Shown one piece after another: positions 1-8,632 of a stretch of 64,000 bases of DNA. The stretch lies in NCBI GenBank assembly GCA_035369845.1, contig DAOOVD010000003.1:2244-66243 (forward strand), given 5' to 3'. The stretch's first letter is position 1. Each line of letters starts with the position of its first letter. The notes under the pieces are model-generated. The model searched no databases. It was given only the letters and a program-made list of their open reading frames with translations, and was not told the origin of the DNA. The translations under genes were made by a program, and so were the position numbers. This DNA is from Bacillota bacterium. Its GTDB lineage: Bacteria; Bacillota; Desulfotomaculia; Desulfotomaculales; Pelotomaculaceae.

Positions 1-5
1 CTTAA

Positions 6-995
6 CTACTTTATCCTCTTTATATTGCTGTTACTATTTTTATTTTTAACTTTCGGCATAACCATCTCACTGTCGCTCATAATGTCGTCGATGCAGTTCC
101 AAATGTCCGGCAATTGCGCAAACAGCACATAAGCGTCGGGAACGTGATTTTTGAGTGTACCGGCTACGTACTCGCGCATAACCTCGGCCGCCGGTTCCAC
201 TTCCCAACGCAGTTCGTCCAGCAAACGTTCGCAGTAGTCCAAATCGGCAGACGCGCCGACAATGATAACAGGCAGCAGAACCGACAACATTAACATTTCT
301 TTCTGTCCCACGCCCTCCGGCTGTATCTTGCACTTGGCCGGCACGGGCACTATGTTGTCGGGATACCTGAGTATCCTGTTTACATCACAAAATATTCTTT
401 CGAATTCTTCCGCTTTGAAGGGCGGTATGAACCGGTCACCGACGTACAACCTGATCCCCCGGCTTCTGAAAGGCGACAGTGGTTTGAAATCCGGCACAAC
501 CGCAAAAACGCTTCTCACATTCGCGGCAATGCGGCTTAATGTCCCGTGAGGCAAGCTTTCAGCCATTAACTGTATCTCGTTTTTGTTTTCTATAAACACC
601 GGTATGATTCCGTACAGCGTGAGGATACCCGTTTCTTCTTCCACCGGAGGCGATGGCATTACAGGATGTTTCTCCAGCAATGCGGACAGGACCTTCGGGT
701 TTTTTGCCACATCCAGCGCCCACGCGCTGTATGATTCCCGCTTCTTTGCCCAGTAAGGCTTTTTCTTCAGCCAATTTTTATACGTCTCCTTATCGAACGG
801 CACATGGACGATACGGACCGGTCTGCAAGATATTACGTCCAAACAATTCTGACGCTCCAGCAAATAATCTTTATATTCGTCCAGGCTGCGGCCCATCTCC
901 TTAAAGTCTTCCAGAGAGAACACCGCTGCCGCTACCAAACTGCCTTCAGCGGCAATACCCTGATAAATATCGTATGTTCTAATTTGAATCACCAT
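6..995 (-). CDS. Hypothetical protein, cassette component D2 (full-length paralogue of 5801-6475)
   Basis: 329-aa ORF with ATG start. The N-terminal ~185 aa align by eye with D1 (EGSLVAA, YKDYLLE, SAWAL.V.KNP, DRFI). I recognise no motif. Confidence 0.6.
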   Translation of the reverse strand: MVIQIRTYDIYQGIAAEGSLVAAAVFSLEDFKEMGRSLDEYKDYLLERQNCLDVISCRPVRIVHVPFDKETYKNWLKKKPYWAKKRESYSAWALDVAKNPKVLSALLEKHPVMPSPPVEEETGILTLYGIIPVFIENKNEIQLMAESLPHGTLSRIAANVRSVFAVVPDFKPLSPFRSRGIRLYVGDRFIPPFKAEEFERIFCDVNRILRYPDNIVPVPAKCKIQPEGVGQKEMLMLSVLLPVIIVGASADLDYCERLLDELRWEVEPAAEVMREYVAGTLKNHVPDAYVLFAQLPDIWNCIDDIMSDSEMVMPKVKNKNSNSNIKRIK

Positions 996-1082
996 TCCTT
1001 TCTGCCGCGCGGATGCCCCTGCCTTTAAGCGCGAGGTCTATGGCACTTCTTGCACCCTGCGAGTTTTGTAAACCCGGTCTTT

Positions 1083-2294
1083 TTACGCCGTCTTTTTCTT
1101 CTTATCCGGCAACACTCTGGGCTTCTCTTTCCATAACACCGTTTCGGTAGAAATTACGTACCTGCACCCTTCCGCCGGGTCGAACATGATGTCCAGCATC
1201 ACTTCTTCCATTACCGCCCGCAGTCCCCTGGCCCCGGTACCCCTCTCCAGCGCCTCCCGAGCCACTGCCTCCAAAGCGCCCGGCGTGAACTCCAGCGTAA
1301 CCCCGTCCGGCTTGAGAAGAGCCTGATACTGTTTCACCAGGGCGTTTTTTGGTTCGGTGAGTATCCGTACCAGGTCGGCTTCCGTCAGTTTGTCCACCGG
1401 CACCACAACTGGCAGCCTGCCGATAAACTCGGGGATGAAACCGTATTTTACAAGATCTTCGGTAGTTACATTTTCCAGATCGTTGCTGTTTTTGGTAGTT
1501 GGCAACACGCCGAAACCAATGAATTTTTTATTCGTTCTTTCACGGACGATACTGTCCAACCCGACAAAAGCCCCTCCACAAATGAAAAGTATGTTTTTGG
1601 TGTCAATTTGCATGCATTCCTGGTGAGGATGCTTGCGGCCACCCTGGGGCGGCACGTTTGCCGCGACGCCTTCCAGCAACTTCAACAACGCCTGCTGGAC
1701 GCCTTCGCCGGAAACGTCCCTAGTAATGGAGGGGTTTTCCGACTTGCGGGCGATCTTGTCTATCTCATCTATGTAGACAATACCTTTCTCGGCCTTTTCT
1801 ATGTTATAGTCCGCTGCCTGAATCAGTTTGAGCAGGATATTTTCCACATCCTCGCCAACGTAGCCGGTTTCTGTAAGCGATGTCGCATCAGTTATCGCAA
1901 AAGGCACCTTGAGCAGTTTCGCAAGGGTCTCCACCAGGTAGGTCTTTCCGCTGCCGGTCGGTCCTAAAAGCAGGACGTTGCTTTTCTGGATTTCTAAGCT
2001 GTTATCGTTGCAAGTAATTCTTTTGTAGTGGTTGTAAGCGGCTACCGCCAGTGCTTTTTTGGCTTTGTCCTGACTGATTACATACTTGTCCAGGTGCTCT
2101 TTAATTTCTTTGGGTTTAGGAATAACCATTTCCTGGTTAATTTCTAGCTCGTCCGCTAAAATTTCGTTGCACAGGTCTATGCACTCGTCGCATATGTGGA
2201 CGTTGGGGCCTGCAACCAGTTTGTTTACTTCGCTATGGAACTTGCCGCAAAACGAGCAGCGGATGGGTTTTTCGTTTGTTTTTGGTTTTGTCAA
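1083..2294 (-). CDS. clpX: ClpX-family AAA+ unfoldase, element-borne paralogue 2
   Basis: C4 zinc N-domain (CSFCGK..CDEC), Walker [12 protein letters not shown], pore-1 GYVGED, IGF loop (FIGFG), C-terminal KKKKTA. Start placed at TTG 2294, 8 nt after AAAGGAG, the same context as paralogue 1. The ORF track extends to 2324. Confidence 0.85.
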   Translation of the reverse strand: MTKPKTNEKPIRCSFCGKFHSEVNKLVAGPNVHICDECIDLCNEILADELEINQEMVIPKPKEIKEHLDKYVISQDKAKKALAVAAYNHYKRITCNDNSLEIQKSNVLLLGPTGSGKTYLVETLAKLLKVPFAITDATSLTETGYVGEDVENILLKLIQAADYNIEKAEKGIVYIDEIDKIARKSENPSITRDVSGEGVQQALLKLLEGVAANVPPQGGRKHPHQECMQIDTKNILFICGGAFVGLDSIVRERTNKKFIGFGVLPTTKNSNDLENVTTEDLVKYGFIPEFIGRLPVVVPVDKLTEADLVRILTEPKNALVKQYQALLKPDGVTLEFTPGALEAVAREALERGTGARGLRAVMEEVMLDIMFDPAEGCRYVISTETVLWKEKPRVLPDKKKKTA

Positions 2295-2313
2295 AACGCC
2301 AACAACTCCTTTT

Positions 2314-2343
2314 CTAAAATACAAAGACCCGGCTTTTGCCGGG
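2314..2343 (-). terminator. Possible intrinsic terminator between the 286-aa ParB-fold gene and clpX paralogue 2
   Basis: Minus strand reads CCCGGC-AAAA-GCCGGG followed by TCTTTGTATTTT. The stem is short (6 bp, GC-rich). Confidence 0.4.
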
Positions 2344-2399
2344 CGCGGGGTATGTATGGCAGCAGGAGCGCAAAGTCAAGAGTTAAACCGAAAGCTGGC

Positions 2400-3260
2400 T
2401 TAAAACAACCTCAGCCACATCTGAGTCAGCTGCTTCATGTGATACATACGCCAGCACCCAAAACGATATACGGTCTTTAAAGGCGGGTTTGATGATTTTG
2501 GGGAAAATATTTCTTTTGCCGGGGCTTCTAAAAGCCAGATTTTTGTTTTTGAGTGATCCGGCTCGATCAAAACCTCAGACTCTACAACGAGCCGGTCCAT
2601 GCGCCGGAAAATACCTCGCTTTTCCGATTTTCTACAAACTGAAACCTTATACTTAAACCCCGGGAAAAGCTCTACAAAAGAACCCTCTGTATTCTGAGGC
2701 ACATCCAGCCACGCTCCGCGAAAATCGAACGCACCTGCAATCATCCCCGGAGGGCTGCTTACCCATAAATAGGCAACTGTCCCCCTAACACCTTGAGGAT
2801 TCCGAAAGTTCAGACCAAAAGAAGAAGAAAAACAATAATGACCAGGCCTGCCTTCCGGCATCAACAAAGATTCGGTGTCCTCTTTTAGACGATACACAAC
2901 AGCTTTCAGATTTTTAACTCCGGCTCTCTTTGCCAAACACACGCGGTGCTTGCCTTCCGACACCCAAAACCGGCCTTCGTATTCCAGGAGCCGGATTGGA
3001 TCGCGTTCGGCGAACGGCGTCTCGCCTTTCTTAAATATTTCCCAAAACTTCCGGCAGCGGCTGTACCTCAGACAAATGTCGAGTGATTCAGGGCGTTTTG
3101 CATTTTCGACAAGCGCTTCGAGGATCTCTTCTTCGCTATTCCTGTAAGCGCTTAACCCTAACTCCTGCAGCAAAAGGCACCTGCTACCCAACTCGGACGG
3201 AAACTCAATAATATCCGAGACTTTTACAATACGAATTTCCGATTTTTGTTTTTGAACCAT
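2400..3260 (-). CDS. ParB/Srx-fold N-terminal domain protein with unknown C-terminal half
   Basis: 286-aa ORF. PIRLLEYEGRFWVSEGKHRVCLAKRAGVKNLKAVV resembles the ParB-like nuclease-domain GxHR core. The C-terminal ~160 aa carry no motif I recognise. Confidence 0.5.
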   Translation of the reverse strand: MVQKQKSEIRIVKVSDIIEFPSELGSRCLLLQELGLSAYRNSEEEILEALVENAKRPESLDICLRYSRCRKFWEIFKKGETPFAERDPIRLLEYEGRFWVSEGKHRVCLAKRAGVKNLKAVVYRLKEDTESLLMPEGRPGHYCFSSSFGLNFRNPQGVRGTVAYLWVSSPPGMIAGAFDFRGAWLDVPQNTEGSFVELFPGFKYKVSVCRKSEKRGIFRRMDRLVVESEVLIEPDHSKTKIWLLEAPAKEIFSPKSSNPPLKTVYRFGCWRMYHMKQLTQMWLRLF

Positions 3261-3288
3261 TGCTACCGCCTCGTTAATCCACTTTCCT

Positions 3289-3621
3289 TTAGCGACAACC
3301 CAATACTTTTTGCCTTATTTCTTCCAGAGCCGCTTTTGTCTCAGTAGAATAGTCAGCGTACGGCAAAACCTGATCCCTCTGGACAATGCCTTCGAAGTAC
3401 ATCTTCCAGTCGCTGCAGCGCTCGAAAAGCTGCATTTTGCAGCCGGGGTATTTTTCGGCGGCCTCCCGTATGGTGTCGGTAATGCCCGAGTTCCATTTCC
3501 CGCCGATAGGCATAAGCACGACTTCCTCTTCTTTGGTGAGCACCGCAAGAACAGCAAATACGCACGGATCAGTAAGATTTTTGACAGCTGTTAATGCTTT
3601 GTCTTTTGGTTCACCCATCAT
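3289..3621 (-). CDS. Hypothetical protein (110 aa), present only in cassette copy 2
   Basis: ORF packed tightly between neighbours on the same strand; no motif recognised. Confidence 0.5.
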   Translation of the reverse strand: MMGEPKDKALTAVKNLTDPCVFAVLAVLTKEEEVVLMPIGGKWNSGITDTIREAAEKYPGCKMQLFERCSDWKMYFEGIVQRDQVLPYADYSTETKAALEEIRQKVLGCR

Positions 3622-3656
3622 AGAATACCCCCATCCGGCCTGCTCTTGTCGAGTTT

Positions 3657-4493
3657 TTACCGTCTTGATAGGTCAACAATTATCAGTTCACCGCCTGCAG
3701 TATCTGGTTCCCCTGCGAAAAACGCTGCAATTTTGTCCGGTATGAGGTGCAGTGTCGCCTCGATATGCGGCTTCCACCAGTCAAATATTCCGTGCTCGCG
3801 GTGGTTCAGGCTTATTTCCAGTTGAATCTTCAGGGCGTGTTTCAGGCTTTTCTCGGCAATCTCCCTTAATTCGCGGGAAAACTCGCGCGTGACTTCGTGA
3901 TTCTTTGTGCAGCGGCCGATTATCTGGGCGGTATCTTCCAGCCGCTGCCGCTCTTTAAAAGTGATGCTCAAATACCCACGAGCCACGTCGCTCTTGAGGG
4001 CATTCCGCATGTAGCAGTCCTCTAAAAGCTTTAGACCGCAGACCGCTATGGCTTTAAAAAGCCAGTCCTCATTGCAGAAGGAATTCCTGAACAAATACGC
4101 TTTTTCTGCGCTGCCGACATACATTTTATCGGTCAGTTTTTTGGCCAGGTACTCGACGTATTGGCACAAATATCTGGCACTCCACACGCCCCCGGAAAAA
4201 TGAGCAGCCCTTTCCTTCCGGTACATCGTCACCAGCCCCGGTCGGACAAGCCTGTCCCTCCGTTTGGTGTCATTTAGCTGGGCAATGAGCATATTCTTGC
4301 TGGCAGTGCCCGGAGGTACTTTGTTTATAAGGTCGGCATAGTGAACGGTGTTCCAGTTTTTAGCCAGAAATATTTCATTCGCAATGTCCAGCTCTTCCTC
4401 GATTCTTTTCCTCGCCTGGATTTCAGCGAAACGCTCCACCTCCAGGAGATCGACAGGCTTCGGCTCAGTTGGAACTTGCAACCACTTCGACAT
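3657..4493 (-). CDS. Hypothetical protein, cassette component B2
   Basis: 278-aa ORF that aligns with B1 ([38 protein letters not shown]). It overlaps the 3' end of A2 by 29 nt, which suggests translational coupling. Confidence 0.6.
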   Translation of the reverse strand: MSKWLQVPTEPKPVDLLEVERFAEIQARKRIEEELDIANEIFLAKNWNTVHYADLINKVPPGTASKNMLIAQLNDTKRRDRLVRPGLVTMYRKERAAHFSGGVWSARYLCQYVEYLAKKLTDKMYVGSAEKAYLFRNSFCNEDWLFKAIAVCGLKLLEDCYMRNALKSDVARGYLSITFKERQRLEDTAQIIGRCTKNHEVTREFSRELREIAEKSLKHALKIQLEISLNHREHGIFDWWKPHIEATLHLIPDKIAAFFAGEPDTAGGELIIVDLSRR

Positions 4494-5856
4494 CTACGAC
4501 ACCACCCTTCAAGCTAACCCATTCTCTCATTTCCCCGGCAGCTTTCTCCAAGAGGCCGGCGCACTCCATAACGCTCCTGTAGACTTCGATGTCGCTGGAA
4601 TACCTGCTTATTTCGAGCTCTGCCCGCTTCATGTGTTTTCCAATATCCTGGACAAGGGACGACAGCATGTCCTGGATTTTGTAGCGGTCCTTCTGCAGGA
4701 TCTGAGAACGGGTGAGAGCAAGCAGTTCCTCGTTCTTCTTCTGCAGCTCTTGTTTGAGATTGAGGTAGTCCTCCGGAATCTTTTCAACAACCTTGGGCGG
4801 GCGGGATTTCAGCTCGGCAATCTTTTTGTTCAGTCCCGCAATCTGTTCCTGAAGGCTTTTTATCTTGGCATCGCGGGCGGCAATATCACCGTGCAGCTTT
4901 TCTTTGATTGCCTGCTGGGCTTTCTCGTATTTTTCTTTTGCTTCACGAGCCTTTACTTCAGCCTGCTCTCTGGCCTGTCTGTAGTCCTCGGCCCTTTTCG
5001 CCATCCGGGCCGCCTTTTCTTCCAACTCGCGGATTTTTTCTTCAGCCGCTCTGCGCTCTTCACGGCGGGCATCTTCGGCGACATCAGCCAGCCGGCTCTG
5101 CATGTCAGATAGCTCCCTCCGCACGTCGTGCAACTCGTCTTCGGCTTCTATGGCCCGGCTTTCCAGAGCCTGAGCGTCGGCTTTGGCCTGTTCCAGCTCC
5201 TTTTCTAACCGTTCCTTTTCCTCGACCTTTTTGCGCAGGTCCTTTACTTCTGCAACGGTCATGTCTGCGATTTGTTCCTTGATTTGCCGGTAAATTTCAG
5301 CCTGTGCCTCGGGCGACAGGTAAGCTACTTGCTCTGCTGCTGAGGTGCCAAGTTTACCGGAGGAAACCATTGCTTGGAATTCAGGTATTAGATCGTTGAG
5401 TTTGAGAAGACGATTTAAATGTGTAACATCTACACCAACAACCTCTGCTATATCTTTGGCCGTCTTAATTTCGCCATTTTGGCGAAATTTAGGCCCCTGT
5501 CTTACACCCCAGTATTCCTTTAAAAATGCCGCGCGTCTTGCTTTCTTCATTGGGTCGTCATCAGACTGGCGCCGTTCCTCGTTCTCTGCAATTAAAAGGT
5601 ATTCTGCCTCTTCTGGCGAGATGTCTTTGATTTCGATTGGTACTTTTTCTAACCCCAACTCTAAAGCAATTCGATACCGTTGGTGACCTGAGATGATTGT
5701 GTAGTCAGGTAAGACTTTGAGCGGATCGCGAATACCGTGAAAAGCAATACTGCGCTTAATCTCTTCGTACTTCTCCTGGGAAAGATCATTATAATACTCA
5801 TTATTTTTTGGGTGCGGTTTCAGAAGTTTCGGATTGATTTCCCCCATAACTCTCAT
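4465..5856 (-). CDS. ParB/Srx-fold N-terminal domain + HTH + long coiled-coil protein, cassette component A2
   Basis: LLKPHPKNNEYY..IISGHQRYRIALELG..LIAENEERRQ matches ParB N-domain boxes. This is followed by a probable HTH and ~200 aa of heptad-like E/K/A/R-rich sequence. ATG start is 4 nt after AGGGGGG. Confidence 0.7.
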   Translation of the reverse strand: MRVMGEINPKLLKPHPKNNEYYNDLSQEKYEEIKRSIAFHGIRDPLKVLPDYTIISGHQRYRIALELGLEKVPIEIKDISPEEAEYLLIAENEERRQSDDDPMKKARRAAFLKEYWGVRQGPKFRQNGEIKTAKDIAEVVGVDVTHLNRLLKLNDLIPEFQAMVSSGKLGTSAAEQVAYLSPEAQAEIYRQIKEQIADMTVAEVKDLRKKVEEKERLEKELEQAKADAQALESRAIEAEDELHDVRRELSDMQSRLADVAEDARREERRAAEEKIRELEEKAARMAKRAEDYRQAREQAEVKAREAKEKYEKAQQAIKEKLHGDIAARDAKIKSLQEQIAGLNKKIAELKSRPPKVVEKIPEDYLNLKQELQKKNEELLALTRSQILQKDRYKIQDMLSSLVQDIGKHMKRAELEISRYSSDIEVYRSVMECAGLLEKAAGEMREWVSLKGGVVDVEVVASSN

Positions 5857-6475
5857 TTACCCCCCTAAGATTGCTCTCTACATCGCTTCCTGTGTTTTTA
5901 CCTATAGCACCGCTGGTGATGAAACGGTCCGCGACAAATATTTTCAGCCCGCTGCAGCGCAGTTCGCTTAACTGCCGGAACGGAGGGCACGCTGAAAAAT
6001 ATTGCTGAAATTCGGCACGCACCAGTTCGACCAGACTCCGTGGCAACCGTCCGCTCATGGGATTCGTTGCTGCATCAGCGTGAATAGCCGTGGGAACTAT
6101 CCCGTATATGACCAGCACATTGGTCTTTTCGTGCAACGGCGGGGCGGGAAGATACGGGCGCTCACTGAGCAAATCGGCCAGCGCCTGAGGGTTCTTGACC
6201 ACTTCCAGCGCCCACGCGCTGTGAGCTTTCGTCGCGCTACCGGCTTTTTTCCAGCAAGGGTTGCTCTCGAGCCAGCGTTCGAAGCTGCCCCTGGAAAAAG
6301 GCACGCTGATAACGCGCACGGCGTCTGAATATATCAGCTCTGCTAAGAAATCCTGCCATTCTAAAAGATAATCTTTGTACTCGAGCCCGCCAGGGTAATC
6401 TTCGGGAAAATATACGGTCGCGGCTACAAGACTTCCTTCGCGGGCCACGCCCGGAAAAATGTCGTACTCCAGCAT
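5801..6475 (-). CDS. Hypothetical protein D1, C-terminally truncated paralogue of D2
   Basis: 224-aa ORF that aligns with D2 only up to ..DRFI. The remaining ~37 aa read through the intergenic spacer into the A2 5' end in another frame. Confidence 0.5.
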   Translation of the reverse strand: MLEYDIFPGVAREGSLVAATVYFPEDYPGGLEYKDYLLEWQDFLAELIYSDAVRVISVPFSRGSFERWLESNPCWKKAGSATKAHSAWALEVVKNPQALADLLSERPYLPAPPLHEKTNVLVIYGIVPTAIHADAATNPMSGRLPRSLVELVRAEFQQYFSACPPFRQLSELRCSGLKIFVADRFITSGAIGKNTGSDVESNLRGVNESYGGNQSETSETAPKK

Positions 6476-6509
6476 ACAAAATAACCCCCTATCTGCAAAC
6501 GGCAGTTCC

Positions 6510-7718
6510 TTATGCCGTCTTTTTCTTTTTGGCCGGCACCACTACGGGCTTTTCTTTCTGCAGGACGGCGGCTGCGGAAATCATATATTTGTGCCCCTCT
6601 TTCGGATCGAACATGATGTCCAGCATTAATTCTTCCATCACTGCCCGCAACCCCCTGGCGCCTGTAACCCTCTCCAGCGCTTTCCGGGCTATCGCTTCCA
6701 AAGCTCCCGGAGCGAACTCCAGCGTCACCCCGTCCGGCTCCAAGAGCGCCTGATACTGCTTTACCAGGGCATTTTTTGGCTCAGTAAGTATCCGCACGAG
6801 ATCGCCTTCGGACAGCGCATCCAGCGTCACTATAACCGGCAGCCTGCCGATCAACTCGGGAATAAAACCAAACTTAACCAGGTCTTCGGTCGCGACATCT
6901 TTTATGCCGCTATTTCCCTGCCTGAACGCCGAACCGAAACCAATGACTTTTTCGTTCGTCCTTTCCTGGACAATCTTATCCAGGCCAACGAAAGCGCCGC
7001 CGCAAACAAAAAGGATGTTAGCGGTGTTGATTTGTATGAATCCCTGGTGCGGGTGCTTGCGGCCGCCCTGCGCCGGCACATTCGCCACGGTACCTTCTAA
7101 AATTTTCAACAAGGCCTGCTGAACGCCTTCTCCGGAAACGTCCCTGGTGATGGACGGGTTTTCGGACTTGCGGGCGATTTTGTCAATCTCGTCAATGTAC
7201 ACTATCCCCTTTTCGGCTCTTGCAACATCGTAGTCCACTGCCTGGATGAGCTTCAGCAGGATGTTCTCCACGTCCTCGCCTACGTAGCCGGCTTCGGTAA
7301 GAGAGGTGGCATCGGCGATAACAAAAGGCACCTTAAGCAGCTTTGCTAAGGTCTCCACCAGGTAGGTCTTGCCGCTGCCGGTCGGCCCCAAAAGCAGGAC
7401 GTTGCTCTTCTGGATCTCCAAATTGCTGCCGTGGCTGAGCCTCTTGTAGTGGTTGTAGGCCGCTACGGCCAGGGTTTTCTTCGCCTTATCCTGGCCAACC
7501 ACGTATTTATCTAGTTGCTCCTTGATTGTCTTGGGTTTGGGAACGATTATTTCCTGTTTGACCTCAAAGTCTTCTTCCATCATAATTTCGTTGCATAAGC
7601 AAATACATTCGTCGCAAATATATACTCCCGGCCCGGCGACGAGCTTTTTGACCGCATCCTGAGCCTTGCCGCAAAAGGAACAATGAGGGGGTTTATCGTT
7701 TGTTCTTGATTTTACCAA
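6510..7718 (-). CDS. clpX: ClpX-family AAA+ unfoldase, element-borne paralogue 1
   Basis: CSFCGK..CDEC zinc domain, [22 protein letters not shown] (IGF loop), KKKKTA tail. Start placed at TTG 7718 after AAAGGAG. The upstream part of the track ORF (to 7847) overlaps B1 and looks non-coding. Confidence 0.85.
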   Translation of the reverse strand: MVKSRTNDKPPHCSFCGKAQDAVKKLVAGPGVYICDECICLCNEIMMEEDFEVKQEIIVPKPKTIKEQLDKYVVGQDKAKKTLAVAAYNHYKRLSHGSNLEIQKSNVLLLGPTGSGKTYLVETLAKLLKVPFVIADATSLTEAGYVGEDVENILLKLIQAVDYDVARAEKGIVYIDEIDKIARKSENPSITRDVSGEGVQQALLKILEGTVANVPAQGGRKHPHQGFIQINTANILFVCGGAFVGLDKIVQERTNEKVIGFGSAFRQGNSGIKDVATEDLVKFGFIPELIGRLPVIVTLDALSEGDLVRILTEPKNALVKQYQALLEPDGVTLEFAPGALEAIARKALERVTGARGLRAVMEELMLDIMFDPKEGHKYMISAAAVLQKEKPVVVPAKKKKTA

Positions 7719-7747
7719 AGTACCAACATCTCCTTTTTGGCTAATGG

Positions 7748-8632
7748 TTAACACTCTACCTGCTGAGAGATCAGCATCTGCCCTGAAAAATCCAGCGCTA
7801 CCCTCTCGATCACCAAACCTACAGTGCTTTCGATTTTCGGCAGCCACTTTTCGAGCAGGGCGTATTCTTCGTGTGCATGGTTAATTTCCAGAAAACTGCG
7901 GTACGTATTTTTTAGAAACTGCTCCAGTGTACTGTCCAACTCGTTCTTCATCTCTTCTATCTCGTGATTCTTTGTACTGCGCCCGATGGTGGCACTGAGG
8001 CTTTTTGCCACAGCCCGAACATAGAACAGAAGGTCCAGATGGGACTTCGCTACAGTACTTTTTATAGCTCCACGCCGGTAATTGTTCTCCAGAAGTTTAA
8101 GGCCGCAGACGGCAGCAGCCTTGTAGAACCAATCTGGGTCGGAAAAAGATTTTTTGAATACCAGGGCATTGCTTTTACCGACATATTTTGGGTCAGTTAA
8201 TTTCTTGACAACGTATTCCATAAACAAACAAAAATTGCGGGCTATCCACACCCCGCCGTCGAAATGGTCGCGGTTCTCTAGTTGATAAAGAGTTACTACG
8301 CCCGGCCTGGTCTTGCCGTTTCTTGTATAATCATTCAGCCAAGCAACCAGCTTGCTTTTGCTGGCAAGACCTTCCGGAACGTCGGACATTAAATCGGCAT
8401 AAAATATAGCATTGCAATGTTTGATCAGGTATACCTCGATAGCCACGTCAAGCTCGTGCTCTATCCTCTTTTGCGTCTCTGCGGCAATGAGTTTCTCCGG
8501 CGCCAGAAGCGTCAGTGCGCCGTCTGAACCCAACGACAGAAACGACTTTTTGGGCAGCAAATCATTAAACGACAACTTCAATATAATCGCCTCCCGCTCT
8601 CGCATCCAGCGATACCATGTTGCGCAGTTCAC
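7748..8632 (-). CDS. Hypothetical protein, cassette component B1
   Basis: 294-aa ORF, paralogue of B2. The exact start is uncertain because it overlaps the A1 3' end. Confidence 0.6.
   Translation of the reverse strand: MNCATWYRWMREREAIILKLSFNDLLPKKSFLSLGSDGALTLLAPEKLIAAETQKRIEHELDVAIEVYLIKHCNAIFYADLMSDVPEGLASKSKLVAWLNDYTRNGKTRPGVVTLYQLENRDHFDGGVWIARNFCLFMEYVVKKLTDPKYVGKSNALVFKKSFSDPDWFYKAAAVCGLKLLENNYRRGAIKSTVAKSHLDLLFYVRAVAKSLSATIGRSTKNHEIEEMKNELDSTLEQFLKNTYRSFLEINHAHEEYALLEKWLPKIESTVGLVIERVALDFSGQMLISQQVEC

Noticed and set aside
4348-5112. 254-aa plus-strand ORF; similar antisense ORFs occur at 9171-9434 and 9514-9780
   Set aside because: It is antisense to the coiled-coil part of the ParB-fold genes. 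Repetitive E/K/A/L codons keep the opposite strand open. It has no motif or RBS.
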